From the NCBI GenBank assembly GCA_951406725.2, contig OX597821.1, positions 29,884,001 through 29,948,000 on the forward strand: 64,000 nt of DNA, read 5' to 3'. Position 1 is the first letter of the stretch, and the number at the start of each line of letters is the position of its first letter. The notes beneath the pieces are model-generated. The model was given only the letters and a program-made list of their open reading frames with translations. It was not told the origin of the DNA and did not search any database. The position numbers and the translations under genes are program-made. This document shows, one piece after another, positions 36,842 through 50,785 of the stretch. Source of the DNA: Octopus vulgaris. Taxonomy: Eukaryota.

Positions 36842-36947
36842 TAGAGAGTGCGGAAGACTGATATTTGTTAATTAATATTCGTCCTTTTCATTGTACTTCG
36901 CGTGTATATTCTTGCGTGTGTATATTTGATTAAGTTATATGCTTGGG

Positions 36948-37285
36948 CATACATACATACATACATACATACATACATACATACATACATGCATGCATAC
37001 ATACATACATACATACATACATACATACATACATACATACATACATACATACATACACACATACATATATGTGTGAGTGTATAAGTATGTATACGTATAT
37101 ATATTTACACAAACTTCCATACATGTATACACATTTACAATCATGAATAACATTTACAAACACACACGCTTGCAGTCGCACGCATATGAACAAAAAGCGA
37201 AAATGGAGAAATACATCGATGCATCCATCCATGCGTCCATCCATCCATGCATCCATCCATGCATCCATCAATCCATCCACACATG

Positions 37286-37318
<33 letters not shown>

Positions 37319-37350
37319 CTATGCATACAGGTATCCATCTATCTATCTAC

Positions 37351-37406
<56 letters not shown>

Positions 37407-37447
37407 ATATTCTCTCTCTTTTTCTGTCCCTGTCTATCTATATACAC

Positions 37448-37487
<40 letters not shown>

Positions 37488-37688
37488 TTGTGTGTGTGTA
37501 GGTATGTATGTGTGTGTGTGTGTGCGTGTGTCTATATATATATATGCGTACATGTCTATATATACATGAATATTTATATTCATATAAATACATATATATA
37601 CCTGCATATATATATACACACACATATATATATATATATGCATGCATATATATACACACACAGACTTAAGTGTATTATGCATTTACTG

Positions 37689-37724
<36 letters not shown>

Positions 37725-37741
37725 GTATGTGTATGTGTATG

Positions 37742-37790
<49 letters not shown>

Positions 37791-37845
37791 TTGTGTGTGT
37801 GTGTTACGTGTGTGTGCGTGTGTGTGTATACATATATATATGCCT
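36948..37845. repeat. Compound microsatellite block (ATAC, ATCC, ATCT, TA, TG)
   Basis: Visible directly; gives the 263-aa pseudo-ORF. Confidence 0.95.
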
Positions 37846-38554
37846 ACACGCACAGACACGCTATATGAGTATCATGTATATGTTATATATCTATGTGTGG
37901 ATGCGTATGTGAGTGAATGTGTATGCTTAAGCGTGTTTCTATACATACGTATATGCGCATAAATCTCCTCTTTGCGTTCGTGTACGTCTCCGATTGTACA
38001 TTAAATGGAACTTACGTTGACAAATAGAAAATAAACGAGACTATAACTGGCGCCAGGTACCAATCAAACTGATAGCTAATAGTAAACGCCCTGATAGCAT
38101 GATACTAGTTCTGCAGTACTTCTTCGTCTTTAAAGAAAAACCTATCTTCATTTTCCTTTCCACTGAATTAACTCTAGCCAACACGGACCATTTACTACTT
38201 TCCACTAATTCTAATGATTCTTATTTGATTATGATATTTTGATTCTATGTAATTCTGTTTAGATTGTTTTCGTTATCATCTGTATGGTTTCAACAAACAG
38301 AATACATCTTATCAGGCTACTGATTGCTAGTCGTTAAATTCCATATTTATTGGCATAACTCACGTTATTTCAGAGTGGATATACTGAGCAACTGATTCGT
38401 TGATAGAATTCAGAGCAAAGGAAAAAAAAAAACTAAAAAACATATAAAAGTAATATAATTTGCATTCCAATTTATCTTTATATGTGTATGCGAGTGAGTG
38501 AGTGAGTACGTGTGAGTGTTTGTGTGTGTGTGTGTATACTTTTATTGTTTTATT

Positions 38555-38811
38555 TGTTTCAATAATTTGAGTGCAGCCATGCAGGAGCACCACCTTAAAT
38601 GGCTTTTCAGTCGAAAAATCGACCCCAGGGCTTATTCTTTGTAAACGTAGTACCTATTCTATCGGACTCTTTTACCGAACCGCTATGTTACGGGCATGTA
38701 AATACACCAACATCGGTTGTCATGCGATGGAGGGCAAGTAAAGACAGACAAACCCACGCCCATACCCCTCATACATATCTATATATGTATCTATGTATGT
38801 ATGTATGTATG

Positions 38812-38906
<95 letters not shown>

Positions 38907-38923
38907 TTATCTATCTACCTATA

Positions 38924-39000
<77 letters not shown>

Positions 39001-39105
39001 GCTTATCTATCTACCTATATAACTATCTATAGATACTTGCCGAAGGTGCCACGCAGTGGGACTGAACACCAAACCATGTGGTTGAGAAGCAAGCTTCTAA
39101 CCACA
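38555..39105 (-). mobile_element. SINE family A (old), middle replaced by (ATCT)n
   Basis: Tail at 38555-38755 and head at 39034-39105 flank an (ATCT)n array. Confidence 0.8.
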
Positions 39106-39414
39106 CATATATGTATATACAGGCATACATACCTCACTCTCCTACACCTTCTACCCCCTCTCTTTCTCTCATCCCTCCCCCCTCTCTCTGTATATATATA
39201 TATATATATCAACTATTAATTCTAAATATCTGAACGAGAAACATGCAGCAACCGTACTTTAGCGTAAAGATTGTTTGCCCACGTAAAGTGGCAGTCCTGA
39301 TTAGAATGAATGTTACTACTAAAACACCAGAAAACATCTTCTCCAGCAGGCAATCGACGCACTAGCTGCGTCCTTACACTTCAAAGAAGGGAGCCATTAT
39401 CCCCACTCAGCTCA

Positions 39415-39478
39415 AAGCGATATCTATGTATCAATGGTTTCTAGGTTATTTCTCTTCATCAGCACAGAATAATCGCTT
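39415..39478 (-). ncRNA. Type I hammerhead ribozyme motif
   Basis: AAGCGAT-TAT-TCTGTG-CTGATGA-AGAGAAATAACCTA-GAAA-CCATTG-ATA|CATAGA-T-ATCGCTT: 6+7-bp helix I with an internal loop; helices II and III are weak. Confidence 0.7.
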
Positions 39479-39912
39479 AGCTAGAGATGGCAGCACTAGG
39501 TCTTGTTCGAAGCTTTAAAGTGACACACAGTCACTAATTTTGTAAATAGAAAAACTATTAATTTTAAATCTCTGAACGACTTTTCTATTTCCCCGAACGT
39601 TAAACAACTAACACAGCTGCTTGTTGCTCCTACACCTGTCTTGTGTCCCTTTTTCTTACATACAGTATATATATTTATATTTATATATATATATATTTAT
39701 ATGTAAGTACATGTGTGCATGTGTGTGTGTATGTGTGTGTGTCTGAAAGGGAATGGATACAGTCGGAATAAACAGTAGACTTACTGTATCAACGTCGACT
39801 TGGATTTCAATAACAACACACACACACACACACAAGTTCATTGTGTCATACACACAAGAGGTGAAACGCATGTCTAAATTCGTATAAATGTGCATATATG
39901 TATATAGACTGA

Positions 39913-39966
<54 letters not shown>

Positions 39967-40591
39967 TGTATATATATATATACATATATATGTGTGTGTG
40001 CATGTGTGTGTATGCATATATTTCATATATGCTTGTATGTATGCATAAACTATATATATATGTATGTATATACTATATATATAATACAATTGTATATACA
40101 CACGCACAGATATACGCACATCTGTATTTAATTCTTTTGATGTATTAGGTCTTGTTTAATTAATTCAACTAATAACGATGGAGAATGTATAACATAAAAT
40201 AGAGAACTAATCCATTGATTTCCGATATATGCTCAAGGCCTAAGATTTATAATTAGTTGTAAATAAACTGTTCATTAATGTCTATTCTGAGACGCAATAC
40301 ATGGGAAATTGTTAAAAGCATGACTCGGCCGCGGCCCTCTCAAAAGCTTGTTAGGCACACTGCGCCGTTCGTCTCTTCACTGATGAAGGGCCGGGAAATG
40401 CTCATTGGGATGGCGACTACTTTGATAGTCGAATCTCCTTTGACAAAGGATATTAAAGCCTCGTTGAGCCTCATAAATGACAAGCTGTTCGTAACATCTT
40501 GTATGATTGTCTCGTGTCTGTTTATAGCGGCATCAAACTCTCAAAGTCACAGTCTATTAGTAGGTTGCAGTAGTTGTTCTTGATATTGATT

Positions 40592-40902
40592 GTGGAGGCA
40601 CATGGCCTAGTGGTTAGAGCAGCGGACTCGCGGTCGAGGGATCGAGGGTTCGAATCTCAGACCGGGTGATGTGTGTGTTTATGAGCGAAAGCACCTAGGC
40701 TCCACGCGGCTCCGGCAGAAGGTAATGGCGAATTTCTGCTGACTCTTTCGCCACAACTTTCTCTCACTCTTTCCTCCTGCATCTTGCAGCTTACCTGCGA
40801 CGGACCTGCGTCCCGTCCAGGTGGGGAACCTATACGCCAAGAAACCGGAAAACCGGCCCTTATGAGCGAGGCATGGCTCGAGAATGAACAAACAAACAAA
40901 CA
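40592..40902 (+). mobile_element. SINE family B, type 2 (V-domain-like), full length
   Basis: TGGCCTAGTGG and GGTTCGAATC boxes; GCGACGGACCTGCGTCCCGTCCAGG; (AAAC)n tail; 9-bp TSD ATATTGATT. Confidence 0.92.
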
Positions 40903-41263
40903 ATATTGATTAGCACCATATTAGTTCTGATCATGTAGACTTACAATTAAAAGTACTACAACCAAGACCAAATTGATTATTTTGAGAATGCGTTAGACGT
41001 GAAGGACTAAGGTGTAATAATGGTAAGTACTGTTGGTCTCGTAATCATAAGTTCATGAATTCGGTTCTTGGACTGCTTAGAACATTGTGTCCTAAAGTAA
41101 GGCACCTCATTTCGGTTTGTATCTTTAGAATAAGTTTTAATGAATACCAGCCAACTGCTGGTGTGGCTACTTCTTTCTCTCCAGATGTGACATCTAAAAT
41201 GTTCTCTTGCGTGAATGGTGGGTGGGATGACAGCATCTGCCTATATCTGCTCGTGACTACGTA

Positions 41264-41638
41264 TACTCTTTACTTGTTTCAGTCATTTGACTGCGGCCAT
41301 GCTGGAGCACCGCCTTTAATCGAGCAACTCGACCCCGGGACTTATTCTTTTGTAAGCCCAGTACTTATTCTATCGGATCTCTTTTGCCGAACCGCTAAGT
41401 AACGGGGACATAAACACACCAGCATCGGTTGTCAAGCAATGCTAGGGGGACAAACACAGACACACAAACACACACACGCATATATATATATATACATATA
41501 TACGACGGGCTTCTTTCAGTTTCCGACTACCAAATCCACTCACAAGGCTTTGGTCGGCCTGAGGCTATAGTAGAAGGCACTCGCCCAAGGCATGTGGCTG
41601 GTAGACAAGCTACTTACCACAAAGCCACTCCTGCGCCT
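41264..41638 (-). mobile_element. SINE family A with the B-box region deleted
   Basis: Tail-to-head match; about 30 bp missing between CCAAGG and CATGTGG. Confidence 0.9.
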
Positions 41639-42017
41639 CAAAAATAATTAGAGAAAGCAAGGAATGACGTATGTTATCAAATCATATTCGCTACAGCTAT
41701 TGATTAACTGTACTTTATCCCATGTATCAATTTTTTAAATATTAAGATAATAAGGTACGATTTGAAAAGCAATAGCAAGACTATTGCTTAGTCATGGAAT
41801 TACTACTACTACGACTACTACTACGACTACTACTACTAGTAGTAGTAGTAGTCGAGGTAGTAGTGCTAACAAGTCATTGGTCCGTTCGTGCGAGTTGTAG
41901 GCTAGTGGTCGCTCATGACCAAAAATACTATAAATAAGGACATTCACTGCGTGACAACCCCAAACAAAGACACATTTTCTCAGCCAAATGTCCCTCGGAT
42001 CGCGGTATCCAACGCTT

Positions 42018-42466
42018 GAATCTTTTCGGCTTGAACGGCAGTTTTTAACTTAATTTCTAGGTAACTAAAAAATTTTAAACTTCGTATACTGGTAGAATGT
42101 GTTTATAAAACATATTTTTCTCTTGACTTTATTGAGAAAATTCTATGGTTTGTAAGATATTTGTTGTTTATTTTTCTCCAATTTCTGCAATTTCAACCAA
42201 TCAGTGACGTCTATTGAGGTAAAAACCATTCTGTGCTATATGAGTATGTCCCTCGTTTATGAAACAGATTGGGTTTATTTACATTTGTGAAGAAAAAAAG
42301 ATACCCTAACCCTAACATTAACCCTAACCCTAACCATAACTAACCCTAACTAACCCTAACCCTAAAATAGATTGAAATGCAATAGATCGACACTAGGGTC
42401 ATAATTATAGGTGACAATTTCATATGACACCGCTAGAAAAAACTGCCGTTCAAACCGACAAGATCC
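42018..42466 (-). mobile_element. Telomere-repeat MITE, second copy
   Basis: TIRs as at 2038; perfect 8-bp TSD CAACGCTT (42010-42017 and 42467-42474); (CCCTAA)n at about 42304-42365. Confidence 0.92.
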
Positions 42467-42776
42467 CAACGCTTTTCTTTTATATTTCTTCATAAATTCA
42501 TACAGTAGAACCTGACGTGCATATAACATTTATTTCTAGTAGCAACAGAGACCATCTTCAGGCTGCCTCATTGTCTCAGTATTTAATGTACATCACGTAA
42601 GTTGAACAACAATTATATGATCAATCACAGGCTAGTCATAAAAATCTAGGCAAGACATAACAACCCATTTTTCCTACTTAAATGCGTGGATGTTTGACAT
42701 TTGAGTAAAAGATTATATGTTCAATAATAGTTTATAAGCATATATAAACGCATACGTATTTACGTACGTCTGTATG

Positions 42777-42810
<34 letters not shown>

Positions 42811-42912
42811 TGTGTGTAAGTATGTGTGTATATATTTATGTATGTATGTCAAAACACGAAACACAAACACGCATTTCACAAGCGCACACATATACATCCA
42901 TATCTGCTTGCA

Positions 42913-43001
<89 letters not shown>

Positions 43002-43006
43002 GTCTA

Positions 43007-43067
<61 letters not shown>

Positions 43068-43822
43068 TTGTCTGTCTGTCTGTCTATCTATCTATCTGTC
43101 TGTCTGTCTGTATATCTGCCTGTCTGTCTATGTCTCTTTATGTCTCCATCTGTGTGTGTATGTGGATGTATATATATATTAGCATGTACTCACGCATTTC
43201 AAGTATAGAACACAATCTCACACTCATACATGCATACACCCATACATACATATACATACGTACATACAAACTTACATGCATACACACACATACAGAGATG
43301 CATACACATACATATATAAATACTTGCATGCATACACACACATACATAGATGCATACACATACATATATAAATACATACATACACACACTTGCATACATT
43401 CAAACATACATGCATATATACTTATATTTTGATTTAGATTTATGCATGTGTATGTATGTTTGTATGTATGCATGTATGTATGCATGTATGTATGTATGTA
43501 TTCATACCACAACATGAAATCAGATCCCGTTATTTTCTTTTAGCTTCGTTAATATCAATTTTTAGGTTGCATATTGTAACGTTTTTCTGGTTATTGAGTA
43601 AATGTTGCACACGGAAAGAGATGTTTTTAATGCCAAGAATATGTCACATCCATCATTCTGCTTACCACAGCACCAGATATATGATTCAATCATCTGATTG
43701 AAGCAATGTGATAAGGATACACAACTATCGATCGATTTATCTCAGAAATAAAAGAGAAATTGTCGGAATTTGGCTAGTTGCTTTAAATCTTAATGTACCT
43801 CCAGCTGTTTTTGAATCGATGA

Positions 43823-43926
43823 CTACTACTAGTAGTAGTAATAGTAGTAGTAGTAATAGTAGTAGTAGTAGAAGAAGAAGAAGTAGAAGAAGAAGAAGAA
43901 GAAAAAGAAATGATGGTGGTGGCAGC

Positions 43927-43988
<62 letters not shown>

Positions 43989-44092
43989 AAGAAGAAGAAG
44001 GAGAAGAAAAAGAAATGATGGTGGTGGCAGCAATAGTAGTAGTAGTAGTAGTTGTAATTGTAGTAGTATTAGTAGTAGTAGCAGCAGCAGTT
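43823..44092. repeat. (AGT)n/(AGA)n trinucleotide array with a duplicated about 120-bp unit
   Basis: AGAAGAAAAAGAAATGATGGTGGTGGCAGCA occurs twice. Confidence 0.9.
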
Positions 44093-44174
44093 GATTTTGT
44101 TTAGCTTTTGATGTGACTTGAGAATGGAAAGACCTGAAGTCTCACATAATAGTAACACGGACAAATCACACACT

Positions 44175-44225
<51 letters not shown>

Positions 44226-44309
44226 GTACATATACATGGCTGTGTAAGAGGTTCTGTCGTATTTCAAAGCTTTAATTAATAATTCAATCAAATTACATAG
44301 GAAAATCGT

Positions 44310-45300
44310 TTATTTGTCAAAATATATACCATCATATTCTGTTGTCTGTAACCATCGTTGCGCCAAAAGCTCAATTTCACGCCTATATCATTTGAATGAT
44401 TTCAAGTTAAAAATCTCCCTGCACCTGTTTTCAACCTCACCCACATTACTCCATCCGTACAGGAATCCTCCGTCTGTGCAGGAAATAAAAATTTGCTCGG
44501 AAAAGATGGTAATCTGATTGTGCAAGGTCTGGAATGCTGGCAGGGTGAGGTGGCACTTCCAACCACTGTAGTTCGTCAAGATTACGCTTATTCACATTGG
44601 CAGTGTGTGCTGGGGAATTGTCGTCCTTCGATTGATCAAGGCGAGATGTGGGCTTTCAAAATATCTTATATTCCCTGCATTTATTGAGTCTAAAGTTTAG
44701 CGTTCTCAGTATGACAATATGGAAGTAAGACAAAGTGCAACACTCACTCGAAATTCCGCCAAACAGCACTTCTCCTCTTTGACAACTGGTTCTTAAGTCT
44801 GGCCTGAAGGAAGCCATCGATTTCTCTTATTAAGATTACGGAAACAGATCTTGTTTTCATCTCCAGTTACAATACAATGCCAAAGACGGGCATCTCGAGG
44901 CTTGACCAGCAGTTGTTTGCAAATCTTTACACGTCCTTCAGCCTGGTCATTATCCAGTTCATGTGGAGTATCTTGGCAGCATCTGCTCAAAAGGTCAAGC
45001 TTATGGATGTGTGCTTTGTGAAGAAACAAGTTCTGCCAAAAATGCACGAGAGTGTGTGATTTGCTGTTGTTCCGCCATTTGAACCACGGCCTCATCATCC
45101 GCAACAGAAGGTCTCACTGACCTTTGTTTGTCTTCTAATCTGGAGTCACTTTTCTTGAAACGTCTGAACCAGGTTTGTGACACAGGTTCGTTCACAGTTC
45201 CTGGATCTTCCACATCATTAATTTCTTTTGTCGCTGGTTTTACTAGGTCCTTTTTTTACACAGGCAGCGAAAAATGATTCTAATGGCAAGCTTTCCATTC
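44310..45300 (-). mobile_element. Near full-length decayed mariner transposase
   Basis: WFRRFKKSD..LEDKQRS.RPS, PHEL....EGRVKICKQLL, IVTGDE, RWLPSGQ, ALINRR, SDYHLFR and RWLQTTEYDG.YF across broken frames. Confidence 0.88.
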
Positions 45301-45934
45301 CTTGTTATCAAAACAGTAAAATAAGAATAAACAATTAAATGTTTATATGTTATATATATGCAAATAAAGAATTAACAATTCGGCAAAAACGATTGGGGAA
45401 CACGCTGTACCAAATTAATGACATAACATGAAGATACAAGTTGCCAAAAATTATTAGTGAAAATCCGAAAAAAACTTTTGATTCAGTTTGGCATGAATAT
45501 AACCGGATATTATTGTAAGAGGTACAATAGTGTGAGGAAGCGCATTGTGAACAGCGTTGTATAACAAGAAGCGATAACTTGGTCAATATGTATGTATGCG
45601 TGTGTGTGTGTATGCGTATGTGTGCATGTGTATGTGTGCGTGCGTGTGCCTGTGTGTGAAGGCGCGTGGCCTATTTTTTTACGGTATTGCACTCTCGATT
45701 GTAAAATCACGGTTTCGATAACCAGACTGGTTGTGTGGCGTTATGTTCTTGAAAGAAAACACGTCATCTTACGATGCTTCAGTACACTGTTAGTGCGTAG
45801 CCCTGTGTTCCATTCAAGTGGGATCTGTGCCTGCCCACCTAGCCAGTGGAATCGCTTCATTCGAAAGATACAATAATGTGAGGAAGCGCATTGTGAACAG
45901 CGGTGTATAACAAGCGGTGCATAACAGTAATATA

Positions 45935-46780
45935 TATATAAAGGAATACCAAAAATGGGACAAGAACGCAAAACATCCAGACAGACAATACGAAAAAACA
46001 AGGACGGGTTATCTTTGCAATTTCGGCTGGTTATACTCGAGATTGCTCCAATCTGGCCAGCTCCAAGGAAAAAGTAAGCTAAGAGCACTAGATTCATTGG
46101 ATGAAAGCAGCGAATGTATAAGAAAACAATGACGGAAAAACGTAGAAATGATACACAAATCCAAATGCGAATAAAAGGCATAGACAACAGGTATCTTTCG
46201 ACTAAGGAGGAATTAAATTAATCTAGTGTGGGTGTGGAGGTGAAGCCCTACGGCAGTGACATAAGAGGTGACAGGCATAGGGAGGAATATAGATGTTGCA
46301 ACGGATGGTAGTCGAACCAAGAAAGAAAGGTCAAGCTTGGTCGAACACCAGTCACCTGGAGAGAGAAGAGAGAAAAGGTAGAGGCAAAGGGATAGACAAA
46401 TTGGGGAGGGACGAGAAAAAACGAAAATGTACAGAATGAAGTGAAAGAGAATGGAAGGTGAGAATGAAGAGAAAGCCAGGAAATGTGAGAGAGGGGAAAC
46501 GAAGGAACGAAGAGTGGAAAAAACGAAGTAAGTGTGAAGGGGCTGATAGAAAGAATGAAAGAATAATAGATTCGTACAAAATTTATATATATTATGTATA
46601 TGTGTGTGTGTGTGACTATATGTGTGTGTGTACGCATGCCGCTATATTTATATAAAAAGGAATGCCAAAAATGGGACGAAACTTCAAAACATCAAGACAG
46701 ACGATACAAAAAAAAACAAAAAAAACAGGGACCCAAATCTGTTAGACGGATTGAACATACGTTCGGAAGAAAACAGTTAT
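45935..46780 (-). mobile_element. Probable Penelope-type terminal region with a duplicated end
   Basis: AAGGAATRCCAAAA(A)TGGGAC...AAAACATC.AGACAGAC.ATAC occurs at 45941 and about 46657, each next to TA repeats; purine-rich tract; similar to 10060-10805. Confidence 0.4.
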
Positions 46781-47278
46781 AAATATAGATAACTTTACCT
46801 GTGCATCTGTAATACATATTTTATGCAATAGCAAGCTGAAGGTGGGAAGAAACCTATATAGGCTAAACAGGTATAATTTTAAAGCAGCGCATGGCTCTGC
46901 TTAGACAACAAATTCGAATTCCCAAATTTTACAATCTTCTTCCTATATTCCCGATGGCACACCGCAGCAGCAATACATCTAACAACACTGTGTTTTCAAG
47001 ATAACACGACATATTGCGTAACCGAGTGATTAAGTTATTGGGCTTACTGTCATAAGGTCATGGGTTCGATTCCATGAGCAAGACTACTCATCTCTTCTTA
47101 CTCCACTCCATTCAGTTGTAAATAAGTAAAAGCCCACGTTCTGCTCGACGAAGAGTGGGATAGCTGATAGGGAGTCTGTATTAGCCCACGACCTCATTGG
47201 GACACTAAACAATTAGCAAAGGAATGATGCTTGCTCTTAGATCCTTCTAGCTTTCATGGTAGGGCTATGGTAGAGTTT

Positions 47279-47507
47279 AAGGCGGCGAGCTGGGAGGAAC
47301 GTTAGCACGCCGGGCGAAATGCGTAGCCGCATTTCGTCTGTCGTTACGTTCCGAGTTCAAATTCCGCCGAGGTCGACTTTGCCTTTCATCCTTTCGGGGT
47401 CGATAAAGTACCAGTTACGCACTGGGGTCGATGTAATCGATTTAATCCCTTTGTCTGTCCTTGTTTGTCCCCTCTGTGTTTAGTCCCTTGTGGGTAATAA
47501 AGAAATA
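47279..47507 (+). mobile_element. SINE family C, full length
   Basis: GGCGGCGAGCTGG head; 13-bp TSD TAYGGTAGAGTTT at 47266-47278 and 47508-47520. Confidence 0.92.
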
Positions 47508-47867
47508 TACGGTAGAGTTTGGAGTGAAATAGTGGTGGGGTGGGGGGATATCTGCCAGCTATTTCAGTGTATTCTTCAATTGTACTACTACGAAGTTAAT
47601 TGTCTATACAACTCAATAAAATACGAGAGTGAGAACCGAGGTATAATAACAGACCTTCTTCAGTACTAGAACTGCTCAATAACAGACTTTTAATGACGCA
47701 ATATTTCTACATTTATATATTCCCTATTCATTATAGAACAGAAATGTATGTGTATGTGTATATGTAAGAGTGACGTACGTGAATATTTATGAATTTGCAG
47801 CAGTATTTGTTAATTAAGCAAGTACATTTACACAAGTGCATTATGGAGTAAATAAGTGTGTGTATCC

Positions 47868-47930
<63 letters not shown>

Positions 47931-48142
47931 CATGTGTGTGTGTGTGTGTGCGTGTGTGTGTGTGTTTATAACAGAATGTGTTATTATTTTGAAAGCAAAA
48001 TATGCGTTAGTGTATGCGTTTGTAATATCGACATTTTGGCTCATAAAAAAATGTATCTACAATGGTTAAAAATAGCACACTTTCAATTCATGCTATATAA
48101 ACACGTGTGTGTTTGTGTAGGTGAATAGAAAGAATATATACA

Positions 48143-48232
<90 letters not shown>

Positions 48233-48299
48233 AAATAATCAAGCTAGGATAAATTATGTATGTATGAACACACACACATGCGCATATATATTATACGTA

Positions 48300-48333
<34 letters not shown>

Positions 48334-48668
48334 TATCTGTGTATATGTGTGTCTGTGTGTGTGTGTACAGACATATGCGTAAGTGTTTATGAGCATATTA
48401 GGGGGCGTGTGTGTATGATACAAAAATGATGGTTGGGAGTATGAGGAAGAAAGGATGTGAAGGTGAATGAGAAAAATGGAGGTCGGGAGGAAATGGAGGG
48501 CGAAACGCATAAAACGAAACATATGCAATATAATAGACTATATGTATGTGCGTATGTCTATGTAAGCATATGTATATATGTGCATATATGCGTGTATGTC
48601 ATATACACGTACACACACATACTTAGAGAGTGAGAGAAGAGGAGATGAAATGAGAGAGTGAAGGATAG

Positions 48669-48723
<55 letters not shown>

Positions 48724-49427
48724 GAGACTGAAAGGAAACAGAGAGTTCTTTGTATGGCGGTTGAAAAATAGTGAATATAATAGAACTACATGATGAATCG
48801 GTAATAATCGTCGTAACACACACGCATACACACACACAGAAAAAAGCAAACCAAGCAACAGCCAGAACAACAACAACAACAACAACAGGAACAATAACAA
48901 TAACAAGATCAATACTGACAGTAGATGAAAGAGAGGCGTCAACAGGCGTGGGGTTTATGTAAGAGGATATCATGTAGGTGGTAATGAAAAAAACAAAACC
49001 CAGCAAAGACAAACAATAACAATAAAAAAAAACAAAAGCAATGAGTGATAACAGAAGGAGAAACAATTGCCGGACACTGAGTTGCTTCGTAAGTAAATAT
49101 TAAGAGTAAGAAAACCAAAAATAGCACACACATACGCATGCACACACACACACACACACACACACATTCCCACACACACACATTCTCACACACGCACGCA
49201 CACATTCCGACACACGCACGTACGCACACATTCACACACACGCACGCACACACACGTGTATATTTGTACTTTGGGAAGGTGACGCAGCCAATTAAAATAA
49301 ATGTACTGGCTGTGTTTCGCCTCAGTTTAATAACAAATTAATTAGATAATTAGTTAATTAATTTGTACATTAATAAATAAATAGTTTGGTTTATCAAAGC
49401 TCTTTCGTCAATGACCAGTGACCTTCA

Positions 49428-49734
49428 GTGGAGGCACATGGCCTCGTGGTTAGAGTAGCGGACTCACGGTCGAGAGATCGCGGGTTCGAATCTCAGACCT
49501 GGTGATGTGTGTGTTTATGAGTGAAACACCTAAGCTCCACGCAGCTCCGGCAGAACGTAATGACGAAACTTCTGCTGATTCTTTCACCACAGCTTTCTCA
49601 CTCTCTTTCCTCCTGTATCTAGCATCTCACCTGCGACGGACCGGCGTCCCGTCCAGGTGGGGAACCTATACCCCAAGAAACTGGGAAACCGGCCCTTATG
49701 AGCCAGGCATGGCTCGAGAAGGAACAAACAACAC
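49428..49734 (+). mobile_element. SINE family B, type 2
   Basis: 10-bp TSD GTGACCTTCA at 49418-49427 and 49735-49744. Confidence 0.92.
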
Positions 49735-49824
49735 GTGACCTTCACGGTGATGATACATTTATCCTACACACACATTCTCTGATCTTTGCTATGAAGACGA
49801 AAGAACTGTGAAGTTATGCATCGC

Positions 49825-50785
49825 TGATCACTATGCGCTTCCAATTCTGTCTCGACTGTGCCATATCTTTCCATCTTGACACAAATTTCTTGACTAAATC
49901 ATGTTCCCATCATCGTATAAGTCATTCAGGTGACCTTTTCTGATCTCTTGGATACCAGTCGGCAACTTCCCGAGTCCACATGGGGAAGTTGTCTGTGAAT
50001 CATATGACATGTTCGGCTCAGCGAATTTTGTGCTTTCGGTACCCTTCGAACACATTGTTCATTCCTCTCTGTTCTCGAATTATCTCATCTGGAATGTGCT
50101 CTCTAAATGAAATTCCTAGCGTGGATCTTCTCACGAATGTTTGCGTCGTAGCCAGTCGACGTTCCATCCTCCGCGTCGTAGGTCACGTCTCACTTGCGTA
50201 TAATAGCGAATATAGGACGGTGCTATTGAAGAGTCTGGCACATATGGCATTACATAGAATTGGAGGCACATGGCTTAGTGGTTAGAGCAGCGGACTCGCG
50301 GTCGAGGGATCGCGGGTTCGAATCTCAGACCGGGCGATGTGTGTGTTTATGAGCGAAAACACCTAATCTCCACGCGGCTCCGCCAGAAGGTAATGGCGAA
50401 ACTTCTGCTGACTCTTCCGCCACAACTTTCTCTCACTCTTTTCTCCTGCATCTTGCAGCTCACCTGCGATGGACCGGCATCCCGTCCAGGTGGAGAGCCT
50501 TTACGCCAAGAAACCGGAAAACCGGCCCTTATGTGCCAGACATGGCTCGAGAAGGAACAAACAACAACAACATTATATAGCATTGTTTAGAGCACATTGC
50601 TTATTAAGGTAAATGCCTGTGATCCTGCTGTTAATCTCTTTCATATTTCAGTACCCATATCACGATGTATATCCACCATGGGCTCTAAGTAGACGTGTTC
50701 CTTTACCTCAAAGATTTCATCGCTTTCCGCCATTATTCGACTTCGTACAACACCTTCCGACCGTCGCATAAATTTTGTTATGAGG
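49825..50785 (-). mobile_element. RTE-1-like LINE ORF2 C-terminal fragment, interrupted by a SINE
   Basis: TKFM...EV..HVYL...EI.KR..AG..AF, then LFNSTVL..LLYASET...ERRLATTQ...LGISFREHI...WYPRDQKR...SRQNWK. Confidence 0.85.
50261..50570 (+). mobile_element. SINE family B, type 2, nested in the RTE LINE
   Basis: Full head and tail; imperfect 14-bp TSD CATTACATAGAATT/CATTATATAGCATT. Confidence 0.92.

Noticed and set aside
37077-37868. Longest ORF (263 aa) and the many YI, HTYI, VCMY and SIYL ORFs
   Set aside because: Translations of stop-free microsatellites, not genes.
40375-40412. CTGATGA-AGGGCCGG-GAAA hammerhead-like words
   Set aside because: No pairing for helix II or helix I.
40592-40665. 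tRNA-Arg-like genes at SINE heads
   Set aside because: The acceptor stem is not closed and each continues into a SINE body with TSDs, so these are not functional tRNAs.
42517-42567. Minus-strand CTGAAGA-TGGT...ACTA-GAAA motif
   Set aside because: Helix II is plausible but helix I does not pair next to the core; left uncalled.
43708-44094. Ser/Arg-rich ORF resembling an SR or protamine-like protein
   Set aside because: Made entirely of (AGT)n/(AGA)n repeats, with no splice or domain support.
45520-45920. About 55-bp direct repeats (45522-45575 and 45868-45920) as LTRs or a CRISPR-like array
   Set aside because: The second is the 3' tail of an old SINE and the first a separate tail fragment; only two units, in eukaryotic context.
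48909-48930. AATACTGACAGTAGATG resembling miR-8/miR-200
   Set aside because: Only the seed region matches and no precursor hairpin is evident.
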